A stretch of DNA of 64,000 nucleotides, from assembly GCA_012295275.1 (NCBI GenBank), contig CM022676.1, forward strand, positions 9,858,001-9,922,000, written 5' to 3'. Numbering within the stretch: position 1 is the first letter of the stretch; the number at the start of each line of letters is the position of its first letter. The notes beneath the pieces are model-generated. The model saw nothing but the letters and a program-made list of their open reading frames with translations, was not told where the DNA came from and ran no database searches. Positions 30,547-45,356 of the stretch are shown here, piece after piece. This stretch comes from Chrysomallon squamiferum (lineage: Eukaryota > Animalia > Mollusca). Made by a program: the position numbers and the translations under genes.

Positions 30547-31601
30547 GTCTGTCTGTCTGTCTGTCGATTTCAGACCAAATCTACAGGAATGTATTCAAAC
30601 GTGTACATGACTGATGATTATTTTTTTAATTAATGTGCACTTTTGAAACGGTGATCAGAAATGACAGTAGCAAAAAAAAAAAAAAAAAAAAAAACATACA
30701 GAAATTCTTTTGAGTAATTATGTTATATAAATTAGAAAACACTGAAATCAAAATTTTCATTCACCAACACACAGACACACACATTCACATATAAAATAAT
30801 GCATACACACACACATACAAAATACATACATATTAACATACAGTTAGAATAAGTACATACATGCAAAATACACACATACATATATACCTGTAAATAATAA
30901 AAAAGTAACATAAATACGCACAAAACATTGAAATCAAGATATTCATCCACACACACACACACACACACACATACACATACACACACACACACACATATAT
31001 ATATATACATACATACACACATATACATACATACTTACACACACTTATGTACATAAATACAAACATATACATATCTAAAAGAAACTGAAATATATAAGTT
31101 TATACTAAAATAAATGAATCATTATATAATTAATTTTTTTTTTCCCCCAGGATGTATGTTTCATGGTGTGTGTGTTGTAAAAGGATTTGTCACAAAAGCA
31201 AATGGCAGACGCTATATTTGTGTCAATCACCAGATGCATCACATTAATCAACATCACCATCACATCAGTCCCACTTACAAATGCAGAGGTATTATTACAG
31301 AACATGTTTTCAAAAATTAACATTTAATGTGATCTAAACATATTTCTTATTTCTTCGCTATTATTACATTCAGGAATTAAAAAATAAAATTGGCGTTAAT
31401 GAGAAATTTTATGAATACGCAAATTATTAATGGTGTTGTGCTCTTTATGTGAAACTGTTGGTCAGTAATTTTGTATTTTTGTTTTATTTGAAGGATGGAA
31501 TTAATATTTATTTTGTACATAGTGTGCTCAAACAGGATTTTTTTGTTTTTAACCTGTAAATAACAATTCTGTATTCTGTTTTATATTTTTAACCTAGAAA
31601 A

Positions 31602-31638
<37 letters not shown>

Positions 31639-31749
31639 AAAGGATGATAAAAAATAAAAATTATGTATTTTGTTTTATATTTTTAACCTTGAAAAAAAAA
31701 AAAAGTAAAAAGAAAAAAGAAAGAAAGAAAGAGAAAAAAAAAAATGATG

Positions 31750-31787
<38 letters not shown>

Positions 31788-34700
31788 TTTCACATTGACA
31801 ATCCTAGACAAAAAAAAAAAAAAAAAAAAAAAATGACTTCTTTAAAAAAATCACAGACATAAATATTGAAGAGGCAACAAAAGATTTAGGATTTAATCAA
31901 ACAATTGTATCGTCTTCTAAAACCTTTCAGTAAGAGAAGTATATCTCATTGTAACAAATTTAATTTTTTTTTTTTTCAGGCTGTATTTACAATTACCGAT
32001 GTTACCCGTCTGGCTTCAAGACTGTGATCAACCATGCGAACTGTTACTGTTATATCAACGCCTGGAGGTGTTACCATGGCGATTCAAAGAAGACTACAAA
32101 GACATACGCCAAGCTTTTGTGCAGTGGTAGGTTTTGCTTCACACTTGGGTGGTATTCTGAAATATTGTCTAAGTTTACCCTGTTTGCCTGATTATTTGTG
32201 TATGATGGGCTGATTTGCCTCAGAGTTTATAGTTGTGGTGTAAAATGTAGCATGCCTGCTAGACCATGAAGAGGTAAAAATGATAGCATTTAGGTGTTTC
32301 TTCCGTCATACTTGGTTCTGAATGTTATGTCACTATATTTCATGAATCTACATTGTTATGAATGATATGTCATCTTCATTCTGTGACATTTCATGAAACC
32401 ACATTGTTCTTAATGATGTCACTACATTCTGTGACATTTCATGAAACCACACTGTTCTTAATGATGCCACTACATTCTGTGACATTTCATGAAACCACAC
32501 TGTTCTTAATGACGTCACTACATTCCGTGACATTTCATGAAACCACACTGTTCTTAATGACGTCACTACATTCTGTGACATTTCATGAAACCACACTGTT
32601 CTTAATGATGTGTCACTACATTCTGTGACATTTCATGAAACCACACTGTTCTTAATGATGTCACTACATTCTGTGACATTTCACAAATCTGCATACTCCA
32701 TGCTCAAAATAATGTTACCAGAAATAATATTTACTATATTAATTTATATTTTTACAAAACTGCGTCTGCAAAACACATGTGTTTTATGTGAAATGATAAC
32801 AAAAAAAGCAAGTTGTGCCGTATGTACTAAATCTAACGTTCTTGTTATGTGAAATATGAATATCACATTTTATAAGTATTTACAGTAGATCAGCTTCAGT
32901 TTCTTTTCTCTTAAAACAAATTTGTTTTGCAAATCGCACACTAGGTTTAGACTAATGTCATCACAGTCTGGGCTGTGTAAAAAAAAAACAGATTTAGCAT
33001 AACCATTTATTTCTAGCTAACATATAGAAACATATATATATATATATATTTCTTAGGCTGTGTTGTTGATAATACGTGTTACCCAAATGGTTTCGAAGTA
33101 CAGATAAATAATGACAAGTGCATGTGTCTTCAAAGGATCTGGAAATGCGAAACATCATCTCTACATCTACATCCACTGCCAGTTACCACAGGGTCCATAA
33201 CTGAAGTACATCATCGTCATCCAAGGTGCAATGGTGTGTGGTATTTTTTTTTAAATACTTAATTATCTACCTATTTCCATTAAGCTGAAATATATACGTA
33301 GGCAGAGACAGAGATGCAAAGATAGACATTTTGGCAAAGATGTGATTATAGGTATTTCCTTTTAGAAATAGAGATAGAACGATAGACATTTTGATAGACT
33401 TATGATGTAGATATGTCCTTTTAGAAATAGAGATAGAACGACAGACATTTTGATAGACTTATGATGTAGATATGTCCTTTTAGAAATAGAGATAGAACGA
33501 CAGACATTTTGATAGACTTATGATGTAGATATGTCCTTTTAGAAATAGAGATAGAACGACAGACATTTTGATAGACTTATGATGTAGATATGTCCTTTTA
33601 GAAATAGAGATAGAACGACAGACATTTTGATAGACTTATGATGTAGATATGTCCTTTTAGAAATAGAGATAGAACGACAGACATTTTGATGGTTTGAGAC
33701 ACTTTTAGATGTCGTGGAAAAAAACGCTTTCTTCAGTTTACTGGGATGATTAATGCAAACCCTTTGTGGATATTGCGATAAACTTTCCAGATGCTGTAGA
33801 TTGTGAGCAGTTATTTTTATAGACCCTGTATAGGTTTTATCAGGAAATATAATCTTAAAGAATTTAAAAAATCTTGTAACAAAAATACTAACTGAAAAGT
33901 AAAAATGCACAGCTGTATAAAGATGCAAATAAAAAAAGCGACACAAAACTGACATCACTGTGAACAGGTACAAAAATCTTCACATGACACGTCACTTACT
34001 CGAAAATGCATCGAACTGGAAAAATCTTCAAAAATCTTCAACATTTGAGTAGGCTAACTCTTAAAGTTAAAAGTACAAAATGGTAAATGCTTTTAACCTG
34101 GGTAACAATATAAAACAAATATTATTTACTGAAAGAATGTATTAGTATTGTCATTATTATTGTTATTGTTATTGTTATTATTATCATCATCATCATTATT
34201 ATTATTGCTGTTGTTGTTTATTTAGTTGTTATTATTATTATTATCATCATCACTATCATTATGATCATTATCATTAATATTTATTTATTTATTTATTTGT
34301 TTGTTGCTAGGTGTTTTTTTTTGGGGGGGTGTTTATTATTTATTATTTTTTATTTTATATATTTTTTTTTTTTTTTTTAAAACACTGAAATAACCAAGAG
34401 TTAATATACAGAATATATTTAGATACTTTTTCTTCTTTGTATCATCAGAGGATGTCTGAATCATGATCATATCATTCTGCATAAAGTTACATTAAAACAA
34501 AATACTATAATAAACGAGGATTTAAAATTACCTGTTTCTAATAAACAATAAATTCAGAGATGAACTTCAAATCATGCACATTTCATTATTAAAAAAAAAA
34601 ATAAAAAAAAATTATTAATAATAATAATAATAATAACAATAATAAAGTACATACAAATTAATTGATAATTTTAACAGGTTTTTTTTTTTTTTTTTTTTTT

Positions 34701-35951
34701 TTTATCATGCAGGTTGTATGATGAAGGGAATCTGTTTCTTAAATGGTTTTTCTTTGCTGGAGAATGCTGTCACCTGCTCTTGCAACAAGAACATGTGGTC
34801 ATGTTTTCCCTCCAAATCTACAGTTCTCAATCTGAAATCACCGATTGTTCTAGAGGGTCGTATTAGAACTGTTTTCAGACATGAATGCAAAGGTAAATCA
34901 ACTGACAGATAGATGTACAGACACACTCACACACGCACATGCACATGCATAATACAGACATGTTCACATTTGTACTTATTTGAGATAGAAAGTTACTATG
35001 TGACAAATACTTATCGTGTTTAACTTTGAGAATTACTATATGTCAGGGTAATCTACTTATTTAACTCAAAAAATTACTATATGAGAGACATAAACATACT
35101 TGCTTAACTTAGAAAATTACTATGTGAGAGACATATATCTAGTTATTTAACTTAGCAAATTACTGTATGACAGACTTATATATGCTAATTATTGTTATTA
35201 TTGTTATTGTTGTTACTGTTATTATTTTTGTATTATTACCATCATCATCATTGTCATCATTATTAGTTATTACTGTTGTTGTTGTTGTTGTTATTATTAT
35301 TATTATTATTAGCAGTAGTAGTAATAGTAGTATTGTTATTATTATTACTATTACTATGATTATTATTATTATTATTATTGTTATTATTAGTACTGTTGTT
35401 GTTGTTGTTATTATTGCCACTGTACTATTTCACATAAATTATAATTTAAAATGAAAGAGATTTTCTTTTTGACTTCTACCAGAATATTAAAAAAAAAAAA
35501 AAATTAAAAAAAATGTGACCATGGCAAGTAAACTTTGCTGATAATAAAGTATGACATGCTCATAAGAGACCAGCTATACAAAGTAGCTCAAAAACAATTC
35601 CATACATATGCTGCAGGTGGTAACTTATAACAATAACATAACAAGTTTATGAAGAATTCTAGTCAGTTGACAATCTCGTTTTTAATTTTGCATAATGTTT
35701 GTAAAAATGCAGATGTAAAAAATAAAAAAGTCCTGAAAGACTGAGTAGACATATCCCATGCTGCTGTTTCATACTATAGGAAGAATGTTTTTAAATGTTT
35801 GCTAGGGCACTGGATGTATCCTAAATGTTTGATAAGCATTTAAAGATTTTTCACCTGAAAAATATTAAAACTGTCAGTTTCAGTACTTATGTCCAATTAT
35901 CTTACTCTCATACTTTATTATCAACAAAATATTGTCATCAGTAACAAAGCA

Positions 35952-35987
<36 letters not shown>

Positions 35988-38900
35988 CAAAAACATGCAA
36001 ATTTTGGATCCCCAAAACAGATGAAAATGGAAATATACGAAATATAGTTAGGCTATTTTCTTGATATTGAACATGTACACAGTAATTATGAAACAAATAA
36101 AACAATAAAACCGGAAATATACTAAATGCATTTTCGCTGTTTATTCGTATTTTTTTTTCAAAAGCAACGAATACAACAGTCACGATGAAAAATATGCAAA
36201 ATGCATTTAGCTTATTTCTTCATATCACTTTGTGTTTTCAAATGTTCGTCTGTTTTCAGGCTGCTCTGTGAAATACCTGTGTCTTCCCTCGGGCTTTTCA
36301 CGGTGGGAGAAAAACAAATGGTGTACCTGTGCAATTGACAAATGGATGTGCTACCCTAAAAGTGACACATCCAACAGACACACAGTCGCCACCTGTACAG
36401 GTTTTCATTCGTACAGTTACATCAAGAGATTCATTTACAGACTGCTCAAAATCTCATATTATGCTCATGTATTTTATGACAGGATACAGACATTGTCCTC
36501 ACTTGTATTCTGACATACTCATTCTGACATTATGCTGATATATTTGACAGTATACTGACAGTATACTCGATCTGACAGCATACTGACATTGTCCTCACTT
36601 GTATTCTGACGTTATTCTCACACACATTCTGACATTATGCTGATATATTCTGACAGCATACTGACATTTTCTCCTCACTTGTATTCTGACGTTATTCTCA
36701 CACACATTCTGACATTATGCTGATATATTCTGACAGTATACTGACATTGTCCTCACTTGTATTCTGACATTATTCTCACATATATTCTGACATTATGCTG
36801 ATATATTCTGACAGTATACTGACATTTTGTCCTCACTTGTATTCTGACATTATTCTCACACACATTCAGACATTATGCTGATATATTCTGACAGCATACT
36901 GACATTGTCCTCACTTGTATTCTGACATTATTCTCACAAATATTCTGACATTATGCTGATATATTCTGACATTATTCTCCTTTATATTCTGATGTTATGC
37001 TGCTATATTCTGACAGTATACTGACATTGTTTTCACTTACAATCTCACTTTATTCTCACTAATATTCAGACATTATGCTGATATATTCTGACAGTATGCA
37101 TATATTCTGACAGTATGCTGAAATTATTCTCACAAATATCTGGACGGTATACTGATCCTGGTGTCAGAAATATTCTGACATTATCCTGATACATCCCGAC
37201 AGTATAATGACATTATTCTCACTTATTTTCGGATGTTATGCTAATATACTCTGACATTATTCTCACTTACATTCTGACACTATTCTGACATTACACTGAC
37301 ATTATCCTCACCAACATTCTGATATTATCCTCACTCATATTCTATCATTATGCAAGAATATATATATATATTTTTTTTTTTTCACTCATATTCTGTCCTT
37401 ATAACGGGCATTCACTTATTCATTCCAGAATATTCTAATACTGACGTCGTTACTGTCATTTGTTGCAGGATGCAAGTACAAAGGTGTCTGTTTCTCTGCC
37501 ACCTATGTCATCAAGGATGGATCTGTGATGTGTCTGTGTCATGGCAACCACTGGCAGTGCACGCCCAGTCACAAATCATACTCTGATCTGAAAGCTCCAA
37601 TTGTAATCGGAAGGAAGCCATTTTTGTTGCACGGAATCCAATGTGCAGGTTAAACACAACTAAAAATATTCTTGTTACATTTGTTATCTACCATATTCAG
37701 AATTTTATTATTAGTATTATTAGTAGTATTATTATTCTTATTTATTTTTTGTTGTTGTTGTTGTTGTGGTTGTTATTCTTTTATGTTTTTTTTGTACACT
37801 TCAAAATTAATCTCTGTATTTTTCCAATTTTTTGTTGATGAACAGGATGCCAGATTTGCAGTGATGTCATTCCAACTGTTACAATAATGTATCATTTATT
37901 TTCTAGCTCTATTATACAATAAATACAATGTGAACTTCATAACTGTAATATTAGGAAAGCATATAAATACTTGAATGCAGCCATTTTCCGTTTTTGACAG
38001 CTGGTGTTGTGATGTCATTGTACATATGGAGGTCTTTTAGCAGTACTTGTTTTTGACAATGCTAGATAAAAATAGAGCAAATAGACACCTCCCCCATGTG
38101 ATGACGTCATAGCTACATAAAAATGATCTAATCTTTTAGAAATTTATATCTATATTATATTATAAAAAATACCACATCTTTGAACATTGTTCATGTAGCT
38201 TCTGAAAGTGATCCAAATATTCTTTTAATCTATAGCTTCAAGAAATTTATATCAATGTTCTGAAAATGATTTAAAATGTTTTAAAATAATTATATATATA
38301 CACACACAAATATTTTACATTAACTGTACATCCTGTAACACAAACATGTTACATAAACTATACATCCTGTAACACAAACATGTTACATAAACTATACATC
38401 CTGTAACAAACATGTTACATCAATTATACATCCTGTAACACAAACATATTACATAAACTATATATCCTGTAACATAAAAGGATAAAATTCTTTCAGGAAT
38501 TTATATTATATTTTGAAATGCATGTACAAATTCTGAAAATAGTATAAATCTTTTAGAAATTTTATCTAGTTTTTGTAATGCTTACACAGGTTGATATTAG
38601 TCTTTCTGAAAATTTATATCAAGGTTTTGAAATGCATATAAAAGTTTTCAAATTGCTCTAAATCATTTAGAGATTTATACCTACGCTTTGAAATTAGGTT
38701 TTGAAATGCATATACAGAGTATACAGATTCTGAAACTGATCTAAATCATTTAGAAATTTATATTCTGAAAAGCATATAAAGGTTTTGAAAATGATATAGA
38801 TCATTTAGAATTTTTTTTTTTTTATATGAAACACATACTGAGGGTCAGAAAATGAAATGAATCTTTTAGAAATCGGGTTTTGCAATCAGATAAGCAGACA

Positions 38901-39607
38901 TTTAAATCATTTAGACATTTACGTCTAGGTTTTGAAAAGCATCTTCAGGATCTTAAAGTTATATGAATGTTTTTGACATTTTTTAAATTATTTTTATTTA
39001 GGTTGCGTCTATAACGGTGTGTGTTTTACGCAGTTGTCGTCTGTGAACATTAACGGAATGGCCTGTGTGTGTAATTCCAAAAAATGGTATTGTTCTCCAT
39101 TGCACATTGCTCCAGTTGTGACCTCTCCACCCTCACCAACACCAGCACCAGCACCAGTATGTTTAGGTAAGACAGAGACAGACAGACATCATCACAATAC
39201 AAAAGTGTTTAGATTCGTTAAGTTATTGCAGTGTTAATACACTTAAAAACAGTAAGTCCAAGACACTTCAAAAAGCAAAAATTTACCAAAAACATTATTA
39301 CTGAAAGCCAAACTTTACTACTAATAAAAGATCATGATCATTATCGTTATCATTATTATTTAACGACCCAGGGTGTCAGGTTCATGATAGGTGCTATCCC
39401 GTTGGATTTAAGAAGAGTGGTGGCTCTATGACCTGTCTCTGTTTGGAAAACAAGTGGATTTGTATAGTTAAGACAGTTACACAAGTGTCTCCTTTTCTAC
39501 AGAATCAGTGTACAGGTAAATATTACATGAATTTCAAAAAAAAAAGGATAATTCACTTGTTTTAATTATTGATATTGTTGTTACTGTTGTTGTAATTGTT
39601 GTAGTTA

Positions 39608-39654
<47 letters not shown>

Positions 39655-39750
39655 TTTATTAATTTTGTTGTTGTAGTTGTTACTATTATTATTATTATCG
39701 TTGTTGTTATTGTGGTACTTATTAAAAGTATTATTGCTGGTGTAGTTATA

Positions 39751-39800
<50 letters not shown>

Positions 39801-40185
39801 TTCTATTAATATTATTGTTGTTATTAATATTCTTGTATTATTATAGTTATTGGGTTTTTATATATATTTTTTTTTTTAATTTAATTTGATTATTTATTCA
39901 TTTATTGGTTGATTGATCTTTCAGTTCTGCTCTTGTGTATGTGTATGTTTGCACTTGTATTAAACTAAAAATCTTGTTATGTGTTATACTAACTTAATTT
40001 ATATGTGTGTTAAAGCTGGATGCGTAGATGCTGGTGAATGCTATAGGCTAGGCTTTCAGAAAAAGATTGGGAACTTCACGTGTTTCTGTAACAAACAGCA
40101 TTGGACATGTTCCAGTAACATCAAAACTGGGCTTCATTTAGTGTGTTTAATACAGGTGCAACTATGTCCAGGTAATTTCATACAG

Positions 40186-40265
<80 letters not shown>

Positions 40266-41142
40266 AGACAGATGGACAAAGACCGGGACAGAGACAATCA
40301 GAAACAGAAATTTAGACAAAGGTAAAGAAAGAAAGATAGATATAATTAGAAAGAGGGAAGAACAGAGACATAGAGAGAGACAGATTTATAGAGACAGATA
40401 CAGACAAGCAGAGGTATATAAGGACAAAGATATGTGGAGAGAGAGAGAGAGAGAGATAATTGGCTAACATTATCACAGATATTTGTGTTACAGGATGTAC
40501 AGTTAATGTATAATATTTGTGTTACAGGATGTACAGTTAATGTAAAATGTTTGTGTTACAGGATGTACAGTTAATGTAAAAAATTTGTGTTACAGGATGT
40601 ACAGTTAATGTAAAATATTTGTGTTACAGGATGTCCAGTTAATGTAAAATGTTTGTCTTACAGGATGTACAGTTAATGTAAAATGTTTGTGTTACAGGAT
40701 GTCCAGTTAATGTAAAATGTTTGTCTTACAGGATGTACAGTTAATGTAAAGTGTTTGTGTTACAGGATGTACAGTTAATGTAAAATGTTTGTCTTACAGG
40801 ATGTACAGTTAATGTAAAGTGTTTGTGTTACAGGATGTACAGTTAATGTAAAATATTTGTGTTACAGGATGTACAGTTAATGTAAAATGTTTGCGTTACA
40901 GGATGTCCAGTTAATGTAAAATGTTTGTCTTACAGGATGTATAGTTAATGGAACATGTGTGGTTTCTGGTTTTGTTAAGACTTTCGGTAGGACAAAGTGT
41001 TCCTGTACAAATAACACATGGGGCTGTACTTCACTACCCACTACAAAAACTAGAATAGGTATCTTCCGTGCAAAACAGATTGATGTTGAATGCAAAGGTA
41101 TTTAAATATTTTATATTGTGTGTGTGTGTGTGTGTGTGTGTC

Positions 41143-41199
<57 letters not shown>

Positions 41200-41688
41200 G
41201 ATGGAGAGAGATTGAGAGAGAGAAAAAAGAGATTGAGAAAGAGATAGTGAGAAAGACAGAGTCAGAGAGAGAAAGAAAGAGAGAGAGAGAGTTTATTAAT
41301 AATATTTAAATAATCAAATGATTATAAGGATACACAGAGAGAGAGAGAGAAGATAGAGCAAAATGGAGAGATAGACGGGGAGAAAGAACAAAATCATGGT
41401 AAATAAGAGAGATGTACTGACTGAGTGAGAAAGACAGACAGACAGAGGCTGAAAGACTTGAGCTAGTTTTCACTTGTACCCAGGCTGTGTTGTTAATGGG
41501 AAGTGCGTTGTTGAGGGTTACGAAGAAACAAACTCCACTCAGAAGTGTGTCTGTGTACAAAGCGCTTGGACGTGCGACAAACTGCCTCTGCCTGTGACAG
41601 ACAGCGAAAACAAGGGAACACAATGTGCTAATGGTGAAGTTTATAAATTTAAAACATTTATACATGCACGCATACATACATACATACA

Positions 41689-41722
<34 letters not shown>

Positions 41723-42020
41723 CATACATATATACATATATACTACATATATACATATATAGTGCTAATGGTGACGTTTATAAATTTAAAACATTTACAC
41801 ATGCACGCATACATACATACATATACATATATAGTGCTAATGGTGACATTTATAAAATTAAAACATTTACACATGCATACATACATACATATACACATAC
41901 ATACATACATACATATATGTGTATATACATACATAATACATAATACATAGATAAATGCATACACACACACATATACATACATACATGCTTATATGTATAC
42001 ACACACGCACGCACATACAT

Positions 42021-42051
<31 letters not shown>

Positions 42052-42350
42052 CATATATAATACATACATACATACACATACATCTTATATATACCATACA
42101 GAAGCATACAGAAAAAGATTACACACACATACTCACATATACTGACATATATACACATACACACACATACATACATACACACACACATACATACATACAA
42201 TCATACATACATACATATATATAATATATATATATATTTCATACAGAAGCATACAGAAAAAGATTACACACACATACATACACACACACATACCCAAAGA
42301 CATAAAAACATACATACATACATATACATATATATATACACACAGAATAT

Positions 42351-42390
<40 letters not shown>

Positions 42391-44840
42391 ACAGCATCAG
42401 GCACATTATGGAGTCACACACGTGTGTGTTTCAATCAGGCTGTGTGGCAAAGAAGATATGTTTCCCAAATGGCTATGCTGTAATGGACGGCGAAACAGTT
42501 TGTGTGTGCAAAGGAACAAAGTGGTCCTGTCAACCAAAGTCTTCTTCCCTGCTGGGAGTAAACATCCTTGTTGTCAAGACAGACTACATGCCGAAGCAGC
42601 CACATCCCTGTACAGGTAAAAATCTCTACAGACTCTTTTCATTCTTAAAAGTTTCACTGCTAGCAGACTTATGCCAGGGAATCCAATACAACATTTGGCA
42701 AGTCGAACACAAAAGTCTAGAAAAGTGTGATATGTGCAAAATTCGAAAAAATTCACAAACACAAAATCGTGGAAGTCGTTTACAGAAATAATGTAAGACG
42801 TTGAACATGAAATCCAGGATGTTACATGTGATGAATATAGAAAGTTGAACACAAGATGTAAAAAGTTATACACAAAATCCAGGATGTTAAACACAAAAAA
42901 ATATCCAGAAGATCAAACACAAAATCTCAGAAATCATACACAAAATCTAGGATATGAAACACAAAATCTTAGGATATGAAACAAAAAATCTGGGACATCA
43001 AACACAAAAAGATACATCTTATCTCTGATATCCAAACGTATGTCTGTTTGTATGTATGTGTGTATGTGTGTATGTATGTATGTGTTTATGTTTGTATGTA
43101 TGTATGTATGTATGTATGTATGTGTGTGTATGTATGTTTGTACGTATGTACATGTACATGTATGTGTAACTATGTGAGTGCATACATAAGAATGTGTGTG
43201 TGTATTGATGAGTCCAAGTTACCTCCAATATCCAAACTTATGTACGTATGTACTTTGTACATAAGTATGTATGTATGTATCTATGTATGTATGTACATGT
43301 ACATGTGTGTGTAACTATGTGATTGCATACATAAGAAACTGTGTGTGTTTATGTCCAAGTGTATGTCGATGTTTGCGAGTTTGCTTCAAACTGTTCTCTT
43401 TGTCTAAGGTTGCGTGGTTCGTGGCAACTGCATTCCTTCTGGATACGTCACCATCGATGGAAACTACTGTTGCGGCTGCACTGACTCCGCCTGGTCCTGT
43501 GTTGACAAAACGCTGACCAGAGGTCAAGGTTACGTGGCCAAATGCATCGGTAAGCAGCAGTCCTTCCAACCCCTCATTTCTCCCTTCATCTTCTTCTCAA
43601 ATCATTATTTTCTTCTATCTCTAACATTTTCTTTTCTTTATTTATTCTTCTGTACTTTTTTTTGTTTTTTTAATATTTCATCTGTACTTTTCTGTCTCTT
43701 AGCTCTGTCACTGTTTAAAATCTGTTTATAGTTTTTATTTATAACATTTTTTTAAAGTCTTTCATTTTTTTTTTTTCTTTATGTATGTATATGCATGCAT
43801 ATATGAACACGTGTGTGTGTGTGTTTGTATGTTTGATCATGTCTTTTTTTTAAATATATTTTTTTTAATTTTCATATTTTTTATTTACATCTCTACTTTT
43901 TTACTTACATATTTATTTTGAATACATCTCTCTCTCTGTGTTTCTGTTTCATGTTTGTATGCATATATGTATTTCTGTATGTATGTATGGATGTATTTAT
44001 GTATGTCTGAATGTATATATGTTTGTGTGTGTTTTCACACATTTTAAAAAATATATTTTTATTTAATTTTCATACTTTTTATTTATAACTCAACTCATAG
44101 ATCTATTTTGAATAAATCTCTCTCTCAGTGTATGTATACATGTATGTATGGATTTATTTATGTATGTTTGAATAGATATGTATTTGATTGTGTGTGTGTT
44201 CAAGACATTTTTAATAATATATTTGTATTTAATTTTCATACTTTTTATTTAAAGCTCTACTTTCTTATTTGAAAATCTATTTTGAATACATTTCTCTCTG
44301 TCTCTGTGTTTGTATGCATGTATTTATGTATGTATGTTGTATTTATTTATATCTGTATGAATATATATTTGTTTGTGTGTGTGTTCATGACTTTTTTTTA
44401 AATATATTTTTATTTAATCTTCAAACTTTTTATTTGCACCTCTACTTTTTTACATGTAGGTCTATTTTGAATACATCTCTCTCTCTCTCTCTGTGTATGT
44501 GTTTTATACACAGACAAATATATAATATACACTGTAAATACATGTTAATAAAACAAAAAAATAATAAAAAAATGTTTATATTCAGGTTGTGTTAATAATG
44601 AGGTGTGTTTCCCAAATGGCTACGCTCTGGTTCAGTCACAGTCAGTGTGTGTTTGTCAAACAGATAAGTGGCTGTGTACTGTGACAAAAACAGCAAAACC
44701 ATTATGTAATGGTAAGTGCTGCCTTGTCTCTTAAAAATGATGTGGGCTGACTAAGTCAGCACTGGGTGATTGTATTGTGTGAACATTTCAGACTTCAATG
44801 CATGATTTCACTAATGTATGTCATTGAATAATAATAATAA

Positions 44841-44871
<31 letters not shown>

Positions 44872-44895
44872 AAGAAGAAGAAGAAGAAGAAGAAG

Positions 44896-44934
<39 letters not shown>

Positions 44935-45305
44935 AGTAGTAATAATTATAATTACAACTACTACCACTACTACTAGTACTAGTTATTATTATTGTTGTTT
45001 TGTTAATATTATAGTTATTATTAATGCTATTATTATTAGTTTTATTGTTATTATTATTGTTGTTGTTGTTGTTGTTGTTGTTATACTTATTATTATAGTT
45101 TTTATTATTATTATTATTGTTATTTATTATTATTATTAACTACAGATGTAGTAGTAGTAGTAGTAACAACAAGAACAACAGGGACTCAAGTGATATTTCT
45201 AGACTTCTTATCATGGTTGGTTGTAACAGACTGAAAAAAAAAAGCTTTCTGAAAGAAACCTAAATGTAGCTCTTAAGAAATGTGTTTGTGAGAGGTGGTG
45301 TATTA

Positions 45306-45356
<51 letters not shown>

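Noticed and set aside
37845-37925. cag|ga tgc... resembling another module exon start (similar case at ~34450)
   Set aside because: No conserved Cys spacing, and the frame runs into a stop.
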